Shown here: in pieces, positions 37,590 to 38,602 of the stretch
How the letters are laid out: every line of letters starts with the position of its first letter
Numbering within the stretch: position 1 is the stretch's first letter
Origin: Nitrospinaceae bacterium
GTDB taxonomy: Bacteria > Nitrospinota > Nitrospinia > Nitrospinales > VA-1
Length of the DNA stretch: 38,602 nucleotides
Assembly: GCA_029937655.1 (NCBI GenBank)
Contig: JAPYPK010000003.1
Coordinates: 1-38,602 of the forward strand
Direction of reading: 5' to 3'
The notes under the pieces: generated by a model
Databases searched by the model: none
What the model was told of the DNA's origin: nothing
Seen by the model: the letters and a program-made list of their open reading frames with translations, nothing else
Made by a program: the position numbers and the translations under genes

Positions 37590-38602
37590 ATGAGAATTGT
37601 TTGCACTCATTGTCAAACTAGTTACCAAGTAGATATTTCCGAAGTAAAACCTGAGGGAATAGAATTTAAGTGCGTAAAATGTAACAAATTTTTCCTAGTA
37701 ACCCAAAAAGACATTGACCACCACAAATCAGGAGTTCGAAATAATATGAACACCGAACAACCCCGTTATTCTGAAGATGACAATCTCAACACCCTTGTGG
37801 CGAGTGTTGTCGATGACCTTAAAGGCTATGGCAATCGACTAAATAGTCAGCTAGGCAAGCTATCTGAAATTGGAATTGCCTTATCAGGCGTTACTAATCT
37901 CACCGTTTTACTAGAAATGATTGTGGATCAGGCCAGGGAATTCACTAATGCCGATGCTGGGACCCTCTACCTTAAAGAGGAAAACAAACTAGCCTTTAAA
38001 ATTGTTCAGAATGAAAGTCTGGGAATTCGCATGGGTGGAACATCGGGGAAAGACATCACTTTTCCCCCTGTCGAACTAAAAGAAAGCAATGTTTCGGCCT
38101 ATGTGGCAATCAAAGGTGAATCTGTAAATATTCCCGATGTATACCAAACCGAGCTATTTGACTTTACTGGACCAAAAAACTTTGACAAATCATCTGGGTA
38201 TCGGTCTAAATCCATGCTTGTGGTGCCTATGCGAAACCATGAAAATGATGTCATTGGCGTCTTACAACTTCTTAATGCCCAAAACATTAAGACAAATGAG
38301 GTCATCCCGTTTTCTAAAGATTATGAAAATTTAACCGAATCTCTCGCGTCCCAAGCAGCGGTTGCCGTGACCAATGCCCAACTAATCAGAGAAATGGACA
38401 ATTTATTTGATTCTTTTGTCCAGGTGATGGCAACAGCAATTGATGAAAAATCTCCTGTTACCGGAGGTCATATACGACGAGTTGCAAATATGACGCTCAC
38501 ATTTGCCGACATTCTCAACAAGAACCAAGATCAGTACAAAGATATTTCTTTTAATGATGATCAAATCCATGAACTCCGAGTTGCCGCATGGATGCATGAT
38601 AT
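37590..38602 (+). CDS. Zinc finger - GAF - HD-GYP phosphohydrolase (truncated at window end)
   Basis: Not in the ORF track. Manual translation: MRIVCTHCQTSYQV...FKCVKCNKFF, GAF (ADAGTLYL...SMLVVPM...IGVLQLLN), then AIDEKSPVTGGHIRRVA...AAWMHD, open to the edge. Confidence 0.9.
   Translation, partial: MRIVCTHCQTSYQVDISEVKPEGIEFKCVKCNKFFLVTQKDIDHHKSGVRNNMNTEQPRYSEDDNLNTLVASVVDDLKGYGNRLNSQLGKLSEIGIALSGVTNLTVLLEMIVDQAREFTNADAGTLYLKEENKLAFKIVQNESLGIRMGGTSGKDITFPPVELKESNVSAYVAIKGESVNIPDVYQTELFDFTGPKNFDKSSGYRSKSMLVVPMRNHENDVIGVLQLLNAQNIKTNEVIPFSKDYENLTESLASQAAVAVTNAQLIREMDNLFDSFVQVMATAIDEKSPVTGGHIRRVANMTLTFADILNKNQDQYKDISFNDDQIHELRVAAWMHD

Noticed and set aside
1-38602. tRNA, rRNA, CRISPR array or IS element
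   Set aside because: Intergenic gaps are all under about 250 bp and show no cloverleaf, spaced repeats or terminal inverted repeats, and no transposase is encoded.

Overview
AT-rich, gene-dense bacterial chromosomal window with no rRNA, tRNA, CRISPR array or recognisable mobile element. The gene mix suggests a Gram-negative, probably Nitrospinota-like marine organism; this is an inference and was not tested. Left part: a truncated lipoprotein gene, a class II DnaJ, a 2Fe-2S ferredoxin, then pyrR-pyrB-pyrC-carA-orf-carB behind a sigma70 promoter and a PyrR attenuator. Next come a CsgG/FlgT-like protein, an FGE-sulfatase-domain protein, nth and an M14 peptidase. A long minus-strand block encodes sirC-like, FAD oxidoreductase, HNH, a large HPr fusion, Nudix, cvpA, a class IV aminotransferase, coaE, fliL, a small orf, FliK-like, FlhB-C-like and a LysM lytic transglycosylase. 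Right part: a MoxR AAA+ ATPase with a 608-aa partner, murJ, thrH, a Zn-ribbon/SH3 protein, an M32 carboxypeptidase, two tandem aldolases, EVE, a secreted hypothetical, a FabI-like SDR, and a truncated Zn-finger-GAF-HD-GYP gene missing from the ORF track. Best novelty candidates: the MoxR plus YehM/YehP-like fusion module, the 442-aa HPr fusion, the orphan gene coupled between carA and carB, the twin-aldolase operon, and the cryptic enoyl reductase. All family calls come from motif recognition by eye; no searches were run.
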